From a virus: DNA of 64,000 nt. A model generated the notes under the pieces. It saw nothing but the letters and a program-made list of their open reading frames with translations. It ran no database searches and had not been told where the DNA came from. The stretch is taken from positions 23,119 to 87,118 of the IMG/VR virus record IMGVR_UViG_3300025423_000001; one strand, given 5' to 3'. The translations under genes and the position numbers were made by a program. This document shows, in pieces, positions 1-10,299 of this stretch (positions within the stretch are counted from its first letter, which is position 1; each line of letters opens with the position of its first letter).

Positions 1-197
1 GCTTGTGGGGTGCGAATGTACAACAAGGGGCCGTAACCCACCAAATTGCAACCCACTATCTCGAAAACATACCCTTACATACCTGTCAATTTCACTTGCC
101 GTTAACGATTTCGTTAACGAATGTAGGAACCATGCTCCATAGGCTCAAGCTCAAGTTATCCACAGCCCGTGTAGCTTAGAGGTCTAATACCCCTACT

Positions 198-500
198 ATG
201 TTCAACTTCCTACGTGCATCACTCTCCGATGTAGACGGACAAACGTCTTCCAAGCGTGTAATTGCTTACGCATTGTTGCTTATCCTGGGCACCATGGCCA
301 TCACTGACACATTTACCATAGCACACTTCAAGGCCGACACTTGGGATGATGTGTTCTATGGCCTGCTTTTGTACGGGGGTATGATTACCTCTGAGAAATT
401 CACTAAACGCTCCATCCGTAAAACACCCGATAATGAAACATCTACCAGTAGCACTACTCCTGACAGCGAGTCTGTTGTTCTTCAGCCTAAGCTCCTGTAA
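198..500 (+). CDS. putative holin
   Basis: Small protein with two hydrophobic segments and a charged C-terminal tail; directly precedes a lipoprotein gene. Confidence 0.55.
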   Translation: MFNFLRASLSDVDGQTSSKRVIAYALLLILGTMAITDTFTIAHFKADTWDDVFYGLLLYGGMITSEKFTKRSIRKTPDNETSTSSTTPDSESVVLQPKLL

Positions 501-984
501 TTATGCCCGGATATGCGCTGAGAGGTTTCCACCTCACAGCGACACGTCTACTACCGTCCATGACACTCTTGTCTATCATGACACGGATGTAACAAGGCTG
601 GTACCCGTGTACATTCCTTCTGACAGTACAGTAGTGTCTCTGCCTACAAGCTTGCATGACACTGTCTTTTCTGAAAACACTAAGTACTTGTTTCAGAAAG
701 TCATAGTTCACGACGGTAAGGCCACAGTAGTATGTGCTACAGATAGCTTACAGGCTGTAATAGCTAAGTTGACAGTGAAGCTTCAGACGCTGGAGAAGAT
801 ACACGACCAATCTACCACTATTAAGACTACTGTACATATCACCACTAATCACATCCCGAAATGGGTATGGTGGCTGATAACTATTAACATAGCCTATTTG
901 GCGTACAAATTCTGGCCATCTTACTCGGGCATACTCGGCACCGGTGTGTCTGCAATCGTAGCTTTATGCAAACGAAAGGTTTAG
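433..984 (+). CDS. lipoprotein, putative unimolecular spanin
   Basis: Signal peptide with lipobox LSSC and a C-terminal transmembrane segment (WVWWLITINIAYLAY); u-spanin topology next to the holin. Confidence 0.55.
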   Translation: MKHLPVALLLTASLLFFSLSSCNYARICAERFPPHSDTSTTVHDTLVYHDTDVTRLVPVYIPSDSTVVSLPTSLHDTVFSENTKYLFQKVIVHDGKATVVCATDSLQAVIAKLTVKLQTLEKIHDQSTTIKTTVHITTNHIPKWVWWLITINIAYLAYKFWPSYSGILGTGVSAIVALCKRKV

Positions 985-1232
985 TCAGCATAGCTAAAGC
1001 CTGGGCCAAGTTTATAGAAAGCTCAGAGGCTACAAAGACTCTGATGAAGAGCCGCCTATCTACCTGTGACAGTTGCCCGCACAAACGGCAACTTAGCCCT
1101 TTTGGCAAATGGGTTATCCTCGCCATCAACAAAGAAAGCTCAACATACTTTTGCGGCCAGTGCGGTTGCCCTTTGGCAGCCAAAACAGCTACCCCTACAG
1201 AAACCTGCCCACTGAACAAGTGGGAACACTAA
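966..1232 (+). CDS. Cys-rich zinc-binding protein (DUF6171-like)
   Basis: RLSTCDSC...CGQCGCPL..K....CPLNKW pattern. Confidence 0.65.
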   Translation: MQTKGLVSIAKAWAKFIESSEATKTLMKSRLSTCDSCPHKRQLSPFGKWVILAINKESSTYFCGQCGCPLAAKTATPTETCPLNKWEH

Positions 1233-1240
1233 CCTCACAG

Positions 1241-1268
1241 ACAGCGCTTCACGGCGCTGTTCCTGTTT
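1241..1268 (+). terminator. hairpin, possible intrinsic terminator
   Basis: ACAGCGC-TTCACG-GCGCTGT followed by TCCTGTTT. Confidence 0.45.
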
Positions 1269-1283
1269 AAATCCAATCCTCCT

Positions 1284-2342
1284 ATGCCTATTAACACACA
1301 GCACCAAGCCCATCTACCCGCAGCTCAAATTATGTACGACTCCGGCCTCACTGTCTCTGAAATTGTCCGTAGGCTGAGTAAAGAACATGGGATAGATACT
1401 GACTCGTATGCATTCCAGATGCATCTCTACCGACATCTCAATCGGAGTAAGGTAAAATCAACGGCTCAACGGGATGAAAATCAGTATGGCACGGATGCTA
1501 TCAGTACGGATAAGAAGCTGACATCCTTCAGTTACAAAGACATCATCCCATTCATACAAGGGTTGCAGAAAATAAGCAAGCAGGCTTCCTTTAACCAAGA
1601 AAAGGCTGCATGGCGTATCAAGACAGACAAGCCTATTGTGGTGGCCACAGTGGCTGACTTACAGCTCGGCAGTTGGGCTACAGACTATGACCTGTTCATG
1701 CGTGTGACGGATGAGATTATCAACACACCAGACTTGTATGTGTTGCTGTTAGGAGACATCTTGCAGATGGCTATTAAGCTACGGGGCGTGCTCGAAGTCT
1801 CTGACAACATCATACCACCTAAGCTACAGTACTACTTCCTTGAAAGCTGGTTGCAAGACATCCAATACAAGGTGATAGCCTCCACATGGGATAACCATTC
1901 AGTCATGAGGGAAGAAGCCCAGGCCGGCTACTCCACTTATGCAGCCATATTCGGTAGACATACAATCTACGCAAACGGCATCTGCCACCTCGACACAATC
2001 GTCAATGACATTACATACAAGTGGGCCATCACCCACTTCTTCCGGGGAAAGTCTATGTACAACAAGACACACGCACCGGAAAGATATTTACGCATGGAAT
2101 TCCCTGAAGGTGACATAGCCGCACAGGGAGACTTCCATGAGCCAGGCATCTCCAAGTTCTGGGAAAGGCAGAAAGAGTATGTGGCCATTGTCACAGGCTC
2201 CATCCAAACTAACTCCGGTTACGCCAAGCGTTTCTTCAGCCTGACCACCGCCCCCGTCTACCCTTGTGTTGTACTGCAGCCAGACCAGAAGATGGCCACG
2301 CCATACTGGAGTGTGAAAGAGTATTTGGCCAACAAGCGGTAA
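1284..2342 (+). CDS. calcineurin-like metallophosphoesterase with N-terminal HTH
   Basis: Variant metallophosphoesterase motifs VADLQLG, LLGDI, WDNHS, ITH, GDFH. Confidence 0.7.
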   Translation: MPINTQHQAHLPAAQIMYDSGLTVSEIVRRLSKEHGIDTDSYAFQMHLYRHLNRSKVKSTAQRDENQYGTDAISTDKKLTSFSYKDIIPFIQGLQKISKQASFNQEKAAWRIKTDKPIVVATVADLQLGSWATDYDLFMRVTDEIINTPDLYVLLLGDILQMAIKLRGVLEVSDNIIPPKLQYYFLESWLQDIQYKVIASTWDNHSVMREEAQAGYSTYAAIFGRHTIYANGICHLDTIVNDITYKWAITHFFRGKSMYNKTHAPERYLRMEFPEGDIAAQGDFHEPGISKFWERQKEYVAIVTGSIQTNSGYAKRFFSLTTAPVYPCVVLQPDQKMATPYWSVKEYLANKR

Positions 2343-2386
2343 AGGCGTATGTTGAAAATTATCTACCCATTTTAGCCGATGGGTTT

Positions 2387-2433
2387 AAAAAAGTGAGGGC
2401 TGCAGTACATATAGTACTTCGCAGCCCTTCTTT
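2387..2433. terminator. bidirectional terminator between convergent blocks
   Basis: A-tract, AGGGCTGC...GCAGCCCT stem and T-rich tail, lying between convergent genes. Confidence 0.65.
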
Positions 2434-2450
2434 ATAAACTGTAGTCCGGG

Positions 2451-2993
2451 CTATATCTTGCCCGGTTTAAAGTCCAATGTGATAAACCAATCCTGTCTTG
2501 GTGCTTCCATGAGTTCTTCAGGAAGCTCGTGTTCTGGTATCTTTAGCACCTCTGCCCACTTGCGGCGCAGAACTGTGCTCTTTTCGAGTGCCAGAAGCCG
2601 CGCGTCTGTTATATCCGTGTCCGTCCTCTTATCCCTGTGCCTGTATTGAAGCGTGCTACCATCTGTAATCAGCTCCTTGGCTTCCTTGCTCATCATGCTG
2701 TACTGCCCCTTCATAAACCTTTGGATGTCAAGCAGCCACCTGTTGTCTAACCGGTAGACTAAATAGACTCCTTCTTTAGGCTTGGCATGGCCAGCGTATG
2801 CGTTGCATCCAGTCACTTGTGTGTTACAATCAAACAAGGATTTGATATGTGCTACAATGTGGCTGCCATCAGGAAATAAGTAAGTGTTAAGCAGGTTGCT
2901 GGAACCAAAATCCTTGATATTCATGCCCACGAGGGGCAGGACATACCAAGTCGTCAGGTTTTGCTCGTTCAGTACTCTAACAAATTCGTGCAT
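2451..2993 (-). CDS. hypothetical protein
   Basis: 180 aa ORF overlapping the exonuclease stop. Confidence 0.75.
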   Translation of the reverse strand: MHEFVRVLNEQNLTTWYVLPLVGMNIKDFGSSNLLNTYLFPDGSHIVAHIKSLFDCNTQVTGCNAYAGHAKPKEGVYLVYRLDNRWLLDIQRFMKGQYSMMSKEAKELITDGSTLQYRHRDKRTDTDITDARLLALEKSTVLRRKWAEVLKIPEHELPEELMEAPRQDWFITLDFKPGKI

Positions 2994-3883
2994 TCTTTTA
3001 ATTCTTCTGTGTCTTGAAATCCATTCCTGTAAACAGACAGGTCAGCGATACCATACTTCTCCCAAAGCGGGTGCTCAGGAGTCATCATAGTAACGGTTGC
3101 TTCTGTCTCGGCATAGATAATGGGGCCATAGTACGGGCCGAAGTGCTTTTCGTAAGCCCTTTTCACCGTGGTGCCCCACATGATTTCGTCCACAGACTTG
3201 AGCAGTTCTGCCGCCTTCTTTTCTCCCATCCCTGGAATGCCGGCAATATTGTCAGCGCTATCACCCATCAGCATCTGCATACACCAATTGTACTTGGCCT
3301 CAGTGCTGGTCACTTTCTGGATTACCAGGTCAGCACTGGTCAAACCCTGCCCTTCTTCCTCAGCCTTTTTACGTGCTGGTTTGTAGTTCAGATGTAGGCC
3401 GGGTATCTGCCTGAGGTCTTTGTCTGGTGAACAGATGACAGGAATGGTAGCCTCCTCATACATCAATCCCATAGCAACCATTGCTACGACATCGTCTGTT
3501 TCAAGGTGGGCAGGAGCTTGGAGAAATTTCCACTTAGTCATCAAGTGTTCCCGTACCACAGGCTCCCAGAAGCGTATCCACTCCATCTCATTTGTTTCCT
3601 CCTTGCCCGCACGGTTACCCTTGTAAGGTTTAAATTTGTAGATGTGGTAGCGGAAACACTGGCCCGAGTAGCTCGGCCCAAGGATGCCAAGATACGACTT
3701 AGCGCTGGATAGTGTGAGGAATTCCCTCATCCATGTATCCAGGGCCCCGTGCATAAGCTCCACTTCACGGTGTTCCCGGTGGTGCCAGCCTATCATCCAG
3801 GCAATACTGTCCCCGTCAATGATGAGTGTATTGCCTTCAGAGGAGCCGGGCTGCTGTGTTGTTGAATAGTTCAAGTTTTCCAT
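2969..3883 (-). CDS. 5'-3' exonuclease / flap endonuclease
   Basis: IIDGD, ETDD, SPDKDLRQIPG, GDSADNIAGIPGMGEKKA (helix-3-turn-helix). Confidence 0.9.
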   Translation of the reverse strand: MENLNYSTTQQPGSSEGNTLIIDGDSIAWMIGWHHREHREVELMHGALDTWMREFLTLSSAKSYLGILGPSYSGQCFRYHIYKFKPYKGNRAGKEETNEMEWIRFWEPVVREHLMTKWKFLQAPAHLETDDVVAMVAMGLMYEEATIPVICSPDKDLRQIPGLHLNYKPARKKAEEEGQGLTSADLVIQKVTSTEAKYNWCMQMLMGDSADNIAGIPGMGEKKAAELLKSVDEIMWGTTVKRAYEKHFGPYYGPIIYAETEATVTMMTPEHPLWEKYGIADLSVYRNGFQDTEELKECTNLLEY

Positions 3884-4133
3884 GGATTAATTTCCAGTTT
3901 GTGTCATTGCCAAGTTTTTCCTGCCTTACCAGCCCGAGATTATGCAACACCTTCAATGAGCTGAGTATAAGCCTGTGTGAGTATGTTGCATTCACCATTT
4001 GAGGGGCGGTGCGTTCTTCTTGCTCTAAGCAGCGAAGAATGTAGGTTGTGACAGGCTTGGACAAATGGTTGTATATGAAAGCGGCTTTTGCGTAGGCTGC
4101 TAACGGAATCTTACTTGCCTGTTGTTTTTCCAT
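3837..4133 (-). CDS. small winged-HTH (ArsR-like) protein
   Basis: ATG at 4133; pattern ILRCL...SSLKVLHNLGLVRQEKLG. Confidence 0.55.
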   Translation of the reverse strand: MEKQQASKIPLAAYAKAAFIYNHLSKPVTTYILRCLEQEERTAPQMVNATYSHRLILSSLKVLHNLGLVRQEKLGNDTNWKLIHGKLELFNNTAARLL

Positions 4134-4515
4134 GGGCTTTCGTTTGTCGTTCATTGGAGGTTTTGCTTCTATGGCAAGTCTTGCAGAGTACTTGAAAAGC
4201 TGCAGGGTCTTCTGCTGTAAGCCGCTGGATAAAGGGTGCAATGTCAGCCCAATCACGTAACGAGCCACAAGGTATGAGATGGTCAATCTCTACGGCTGCC
4301 CGGGCAAACCATTTCCTGCACTTCGAGCATTGGTATTCCCATTTCAGCCTTCGGTTGGCATTTCGTGATGGACGTTTTGCAGCCTCCAGGGCCTGCTTCA
4401 TGGGTATCCAGAAACGGAAACTCTTTCTTAAGGCACTTCTCAGCTTGCCCCAGTATTCAGCCTCAGTCATGGTACCACCGTTACGGGTTTTAAGTACTCT
4501 TGGTTTCGTTGCCAT
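4111..4515 (-). CDS. HNH endonuclease
   Basis: CSKC, EIDHLIP, QVLCKTCH. Confidence 0.85.
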   Translation of the reverse strand: MATKPRVLKTRNGGTMTEAEYWGKLRSALRKSFRFWIPMKQALEAAKRPSRNANRRLKWEYQCSKCRKWFARAAVEIDHLIPCGSLRDWADIAPFIQRLTAEDPAAFQVLCKTCHRSKTSNERQTKAHGKTTGK

Positions 4516-4586
4516 AGGATAGTAGGATTATAAAGGGCTGGCCGGTACTCGCCTTACGGGCTCCTTCCCGGCCTTCTGCCCTTTGT

Positions 4587-6908
4587 TTAGATATGAGCCA
4601 AATGTTTCTTCTCGGCCAGGTCGTCATGAAGCTGACCAACCTTTTCCTTGTGTGCATCCACAGCCTCTTCAATCAGCTTGGCATACTCAGCATCTGTAAG
4701 CTGAGCATACTGGCTGGAATGATACAGGTTCTGTGTAACACCAGTAAGGGCTGAATGAGGGAAGAACTTCAATACGCGTAGTGCACCGGTACCTTTGTGG
4801 TCAATGCCGCCAATGAACATCGGGTCAACGAACACGTTCAGGGTGATAGTGCCTTCATTCTGGTAGTTCTTGATGTACCTTAAGCCACCAATATGCAGCC
4901 CTTTCACGCAGCTCTGGTCGTCATTGCAGTTAACTTTGTCCCAGCTGTCGAGATAAGTAGGCTGGCCAACACGGATGATGTGTCCTTCATATTCACCAGA
5001 GAAGAACTTGTCCCCGCTTTGGCGCTGCACAGCAGGTTCAAACACACGTTGTTCAAGGAATGTTGGCTTCTGGTAAGTCTTCAGCCCGCTGAATTCATCC
5101 ACCGTAAAGTCAAACCTGTCTACTTTCTTCACGCCACCATCTGCAGTGCCGTCTGGTACAAACTTCCAGTCAATTTCACTTACGACTTTGTAAGTAGCTA
5201 ATACAACTTGTTATCGCTGTGGCTTTTTATCCTCAGCTTCTTATACTTCTTAAGTTTGTATAAGTTCGGCGTACATTTTCAACCAGTTCACTCTGGCTGT
5301 CAAGCACTCTTGGAGATATTATAGTCTGCTATGCAGTTTCAATCTCTACGCTCTACGCAGTTCAGCCTCTTTTAACTTTCTGAATTTGCTCGGTATTAGT
5401 GCCCCTTGAAATATCTTATCGTGCTTACGTTGTAGGTAAAAATGAGCGTCTTTATAAAGGAATTTGTGTAAAAGCTTAAATGCTTCCATTTTTCTGACTA
5501 AAATCTTATAAAGTTTATCCTCTCTGGTTTCCCAAGAAGTTTCTATCTGATTATGATTAAGCACTTGTTCAAGCTGTTTTAGGAACACAATACTGTTTCC
5601 ACAGATACCAGCAACTCTATAACAACTTCCGTCTTTAGCTATACCTACAGAACACCATCCATCTCCATCAAATACTCCACGTATGTAGTGGCGCAAAAGT
5701 TCTGCTGGAATTGGAGGCATATTTATTTCACAATAGGACTTTCGATTACAAAGACCCAATGCTTGTAAAGCTTTTACGATTTCTTTACAGTTACAGCTAA
5801 AGATGAAGGACTTTGCAGTACCTTGAATCAATTCTAATTCTGGGCCAATATTATCTCTAAACAAGTTTAAGATATAGACATCATTACTGGTTACTTGAAT
5901 AGTTTTGTCATCTTTAGCTATTGAGCCGTCTGCTGTAAAAAATCCAAGCAGGTAAGCTTTTAACTCATTATCTATTACATCAAAGAAATCACGATATTTC
6001 AAAGAACTAGTATCTTTTAGCCGCCACGATTTTCTGTGAACTATAACAGGTAAGGAATATGCCTTAAAGTGGTGTATAAAGAACTTACGAGTTTTGCTAT
6101 ATTTTTCAGTCAATTGCTCGAGAGTCATCCCATTTAAGTGCTCTTCATACCACTCTGTTACTTGCTCTTCTATGGGGCTTAATTTGTACCGTGTCTTTAC
6201 TTTCAAGGAGCCTTTCATAGTTATAAGGATTAGAATACTAATGTATGTACCTAGTAGTCCTTGATTTTATACTGCTATGAAGCTTAAATACTTTCACCGA
6301 TTTTGCTTGATGCTTATTACAACATATTACTATGCTGCCGGGCTATACACTAACCCTTCCTGTGTGAAACTTACATCATACATGGTAGCACGCTGGATAG
6401 CCACTTCGGGGGCCAGCCCGTTCTCATTCACCAGCTTGGATGCCAACTCGTGGTTCACCACAGTTGTGTTGATATACTGGGCAAAGCGTTTGGCTTTGTC
6501 ATCAGTGTACCATGGATTACGCAGGAAGCGGGCCCAGCATTTTACCAGCGGCAACACATCAATCTTCTTTTCAACGGAAAGGATGATGCGTTCTACAAGC
6601 GACTTCGGTAACGGTTTGCTACTCACCTTACCGTTGATTGCCAGATACACCTTCCCGGTGTGTTTGTTTACCCACAGGAATTGACCACCCTGGGCATGCT
6701 CTACAATCTCCTTGTAGTTTTCCTTGGTAAACGGCTCAAACTCTTCGAGTATGGCCTTTAACTCTTCCATTGATGTAGCTGTGGATGCCTTCTGCTCCAA
6801 GTCTTTCATCAAGGCGTACTTCTGTTCGTCGTACTGGATGCCGTAGGGTATCCCGTTGTACGAGCCTGAGATGCTGTCGTTACCAACTCGGTTTACGATA
6901 ATCATCAT
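4587..6908 (-). CDS. rIIB: rIIB-like protein, two exons: 6908-6353 and 5203-4587 (about 390 aa spliced)
   Basis: Splicing gives DVSFTQEG-LLATYKVVSEID in frame; C-terminal NDDQSCVKGLHIG matches the rIIB signature; lies downstream of rIIA. Confidence 0.8.
5204..6352 (-). mobile_element. group I intron (1149 nt) in rIIB
   Basis: P1 GGGU|UA...UAGCCC with U-G wobble at the 5' splice site; P3 UCAAGC/GCUUGA; P4 AAUCGGU/AUACCGA; P7 GCGUA/UACGC; terminal G at 5204; excision restores the frame. Confidence 0.88.
5346..6218 (-). CDS. intron-encoded LAGLIDADG homing endonuclease (double motif)
   Basis: YLLGFFTADGS and YIRGVFDGDGW; AT-rich; 3' end overlaps the intron core. Confidence 0.92.
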   Translation of the reverse strand: MKGSLKVKTRYKLSPIEEQVTEWYEEHLNGMTLEQLTEKYSKTRKFFIHHFKAYSLPVIVHRKSWRLKDTSSLKYRDFFDVIDNELKAYLLGFFTADGSIAKDDKTIQVTSNDVYILNLFRDNIGPELELIQGTAKSFIFSCNCKEIVKALQALGLCNRKSYCEINMPPIPAELLRHYIRGVFDGDGWCSVGIAKDGSCYRVAGICGNSIVFLKQLEQVLNHNQIETSWETREDKLYKILVRKMEAFKLLHKFLYKDAHFYLQRKHDKIFQGALIPSKFRKLKEAELRRA

Positions 6909-7017
6909 ATATTGGTTTAATAGTGACAAAATTGGGAGGGGCAGATTCCTTTACGCACAAGCCATGTTGTACCCCTCCCGGCCCTCATTGGAAGGGGCTG
7001 ACGGATTCATAGGAGTG

Positions 7018-9750
7018 TTATATGGGACATCCTCTGTATTGGAAGTAATGCCTGATTTCCTGCTCTTGCTCCTGTGTCAGTTTATCTCCGTTTACAAGCG
7101 GGGAGACAATATTCATCAGAGTTTTCACAGGCTGGCACCAATCAACCAGTTCCAGATACATATCATACATTTCTGTGTCAATAGCCTTGCCATTCTCTAT
7201 CTCAACACCTTTCTGCGGATTGAACAGTTCCACGGCAAGCTGGGCTATTGACTCCTTGTCATCGGGGTTACTCCTCACAAATAGTTGGAACTGCCCCACT
7301 TTGTCCAAGTGGGAAATCAGCTGGCCTGTTGTGGTGTCGTCTGCCCCGAGTATCTTGGTGTCAAAGCTCATCGGCCTCCAATAGGCTGTGACATAAGTAG
7401 TTAGCTTGTTGTAGCTGGCGGCCTTGTCCGGGCTTATCTGTTCAAAGCCCCGCAGAAATGCCAGGTCGGCTATCTTCTCTTTTAGCAGCCTTGCCGTGTT
7501 CCACCGTATCAGTACATTGCTCATGGTGATGGTCTTGTTTCGGATTTCCTTGAAGAATTTGGTGATGTGTTTGAAGTCCTTGTAGTACTTCACATTATTC
7601 TGGGCCACCTTGATAAGCCTAACCAAGGAACTTTCATAAAAGTTAGAAAGCCTGGCATAGTCACTGGTATGGATATGCCCGTAACCTTTTTCTGTAAAGC
7701 GTTCAGGTTTATCTTCAGGTTTTAAACCATATGCATAAAGTCTCCTCAAAGACCCAGCATACCGGCTAAGCAAGGCTGCCGTATGTAACAAAGGCTCAAA
7801 GTCCTGATTGCTCCAGAACACTTCTTCATTCTTCCAGGTGTCCGTGAGGTGTACTGGCATCTCTATCTTCTGCATTTCGTAAGCCCGTTCAAGAGATGTT
7901 AGCTTGGAGTAAGTATCCACAACCCGCGGGGTATGCAGCACTGTCATACCTGTAAGCTTCCTACGCTCCTCAGCCGATTGCTGTGCCTCTTCTGTCTGCT
8001 CTTCAACTTCTTCCTCTTCCTCCAGTTCGTTAGCCTTGAAGTCTTCTGGTACAACAATGTTTTCGTACCACACTTTATCCTGCGATGCATGAATGTAATT
8101 ATGCAATGTGGCCACCTTAGCTTTAATCAACCCGTAGGTACCCAAACCAGCTTTTTGTGATTGCTCTGCAAGCTTCTGCGTATTGGCTTCATCAATCCTT
8201 GGGCTTATCCGAATATCTTCAGCAGTTAGTGGGGTGCCGTCTTCCTTAGGGTTATACTCCAGCTGCAGCAGTATGAAACCTTGTTTGTGTACGTGTGTCA
8301 GTATGTACTTGTTACGCCTATTGGAGATAGGCCCAACATGAATAAGCAACGGCAACCCTTCAGACAAGGCTGTAGTAAAGCCCTGGTAGTACTCGACTTT
8401 CTTCTTGATTTTGCTGCCAGTACGTTCAACAGACATCTTCACAACCCTGCACCAAAGCCCATCCAACAGTTTGTTGTTGTACCTGATTCGTGAATCAACT
8501 GGGTAAGACAGCTCTATCTTACTCATATCCACGATACGGGCCAACCTACCTATCACTGTGTTCTCCTCAGCCCTACTCCACAAGGAATTAGCTGTGGCCT
8601 GTGAGCAGACTCTTAACCAGCGCAGAAAGTCTCTTTCCTTCAGCTCTTGATTGATGGTGTTTTGGGCAATGGATACTACTTCTTGGAAGCGTTGTACTAC
8701 CACTTCACGGGTTTTATCGTCCCAGATAAGTGATTCCCGACTGGGGTTGATGCTGATTTTGTCAGGGTCAACTTTAATGCCGATGTTACCCATCTTATCC
8801 TCAAGCTCCAATTCTTGGAAATTGACATAGCCATAGTTTACACCATTAAGCAGTATGTGTGGCTTAGAGTAGCTGCTATTGCTAGCCAGCACAATCATGT
8901 CGTCTTCATACAGAATGTCAGCTTTCACCGGCACCTCACGTTGAATGCCAGCCTCAACAAGGAATAGCTTTACATTCTTGAAGTACATCAGCTGGCTGGT
9001 AACAGCATCAAGGTATTGAGCCTTATGGTGTTTCTTGGTACCTATCTCAATCTCCAACCCATTCTTGTCGCTGGTACGCCAGTAGTAGCATGTGTAGCCG
9101 TTTGAAAATGTGTATGACGCATTCGACTGCAGCGTCGTGGTATCGCCAACTTGTATCAGTTCCGTGGCCGGCACGATGCTTTCAACGCGGTGGGCATACA
9201 CATTAAATTTGAACTCCATCCCATTGTACCGGCTGGTGATGGTGTAATACGGACAACCGGTAGATAATGGGGATTTGGCCCCGATGCCAAACTTGCCTAA
9301 GGCTTTGGATAGCAGCCTTTTGGAGCTATACCCCAAATTAAAATAATTCTCCAACCTTTTCCCTCCTAAGCCTACACCATGGTCACGAATGACTACATTG
9401 TCCTTGCCCATGTCACCGCCATCTGTGTAAATAACTTCCACTGTGTCTGTGGGAGAAAACCAGTCCAAGTTGTAATAGGCTGCATTAAATCTACTGTCTT
9501 TGTAGATGTCTCCTTCACGCTGTACGAAGTAGTCTTCCTCTTTGGCCTCACCGGAAAGGATGGCCCGGGCAATGTTCTTCTCTGTGATGCTGTCCAGACC
9601 GTTGCTTACAAGCTCACGGATGGTGGACTTAATTGGGTAGGCATACTGGTGTTGCTGTAACACATTCATCATCAGCCCGATGGCATTTGAGTCAATTTCC
9701 TTGGAGAATCCTCCTGATATTTCTGCCGTTTCCTGTGTCAGGATTGCCAT
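7018..9750 (-). CDS. rIIA: rIIA-like protein (N-terminal GHKL/Hsp90-type ATPase)
   Basis: IRELVSNGLDS, IRDHGVGL, GKFGIGAKSP, PSRESL; paired with rIIB. Confidence 0.85.
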   Translation of the reverse strand: MAILTQETAEISGGFSKEIDSNAIGLMMNVLQQHQYAYPIKSTIRELVSNGLDSITEKNIARAILSGEAKEEDYFVQREGDIYKDSRFNAAYYNLDWFSPTDTVEVIYTDGGDMGKDNVVIRDHGVGLGGKRLENYFNLGYSSKRLLSKALGKFGIGAKSPLSTGCPYYTITSRYNGMEFKFNVYAHRVESIVPATELIQVGDTTTLQSNASYTFSNGYTCYYWRTSDKNGLEIEIGTKKHHKAQYLDAVTSQLMYFKNVKLFLVEAGIQREVPVKADILYEDDMIVLASNSSYSKPHILLNGVNYGYVNFQELELEDKMGNIGIKVDPDKISINPSRESLIWDDKTREVVVQRFQEVVSIAQNTINQELKERDFLRWLRVCSQATANSLWSRAEENTVIGRLARIVDMSKIELSYPVDSRIRYNNKLLDGLWCRVVKMSVERTGSKIKKKVEYYQGFTTALSEGLPLLIHVGPISNRRNKYILTHVHKQGFILLQLEYNPKEDGTPLTAEDIRISPRIDEANTQKLAEQSQKAGLGTYGLIKAKVATLHNYIHASQDKVWYENIVVPEDFKANELEEEEEVEEQTEEAQQSAEERRKLTGMTVLHTPRVVDTYSKLTSLERAYEMQKIEMPVHLTDTWKNEEVFWSNQDFEPLLHTAALLSRYAGSLRRLYAYGLKPEDKPERFTEKGYGHIHTSDYARLSNFYESSLVRLIKVAQNNVKYYKDFKHITKFFKEIRNKTITMSNVLIRWNTARLLKEKIADLAFLRGFEQISPDKAASYNKLTTYVTAYWRPMSFDTKILGADDTTTGQLISHLDKVGQFQLFVRSNPDDKESIAQLAVELFNPQKGVEIENGKAIDTEMYDMYLELVDWCQPVKTLMNIVSPLVNGDKLTQEQEQEIRHYFQYRGCPI

Positions 9751-9982
9751 ACACTACTGTGTTTTCGATAAAATAATTCAGGTCACACTCATAGCGTGTC
9801 TGAGATAAGTGGTTGCCCAGCTGGAATATCACCAACACTTCCCCGCTCGAGTCCTCCACTGCCAAGCTCTGAAGCTTTCCAAACCTGATGGTTGAGTCCG
9901 GGGCCTCCCAGGATATGTTCCTGTTCTTTAACCCTTCCTCCAGCCTCTGCTCGATTTCTTTGCGTGTTAGCAGTAATGTCAT
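9692..9982 (-). CDS. hypothetical protein
   Basis: ATG at 9982 (MTLLLTRKEIE), within the operon. Confidence 0.6.
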   Translation of the reverse strand: MTLLLTRKEIEQRLEEGLKNRNISWEAPDSTIRFGKLQSLAVEDSSGEVLVIFQLGNHLSQTRYECDLNYFIENTVVYGNPDTGNGRNIRRILQGN

Positions 9983-10289
9983 TGTGTGGGATTTCAAATA
10001 AATTGGAATATACTGGGCGTCCAAGTTTTTCAAAAAGACATACTTCCAGCCTTGCACCTAAGCTATCTTCCCAATCATATAGCTTGAAAATGGCATCCAC
10101 TTGTTCCACCAGTATGATAATGTCATTAGCCAAATAATTTTCCCACGCCACTGCACCTTCATGTGGCAGCTTCATAGGATTGATTACATCATGGCCTAAA
10201 CCTTTGACCAAGCGTTCTGCAAAATCAAACTTTTTGTAACAGAGCTTTTCATCTAAGCCTGAAATCTTTCCAGATAGGTATATTGTCAT
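9789..10289 (-). CDS. DUF4406 / nucleoside 2-deoxyribosyltransferase-like protein
   Basis: MTIYLSGKISGL, VINP, DAIFKLYDWEDSLGARLE. Confidence 0.8.
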   Translation of the reverse strand: MTIYLSGKISGLDEKLCYKKFDFAERLVKGLGHDVINPMKLPHEGAVAWENYLANDIIILVEQVDAIFKLYDWEDSLGARLEVCLFEKLGRPVYSNLFEIPHNDITANTQRNRAEAGGRVKEQEHILGGPGLNHQVWKASELGSGGLERGSVGDIPAGQPLISDTL

Positions 10290-10299
10290 AAGTGTGGGG

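Noticed and set aside
101-164. Palindrome GTTAACGA-TT-TCGTTAAC and one perfect DnaA box TTATCCACA (156-164)
   Set aside because: Single box at the window edge, possibly inside an upstream CDS; no cluster or AT-rich unwinding element
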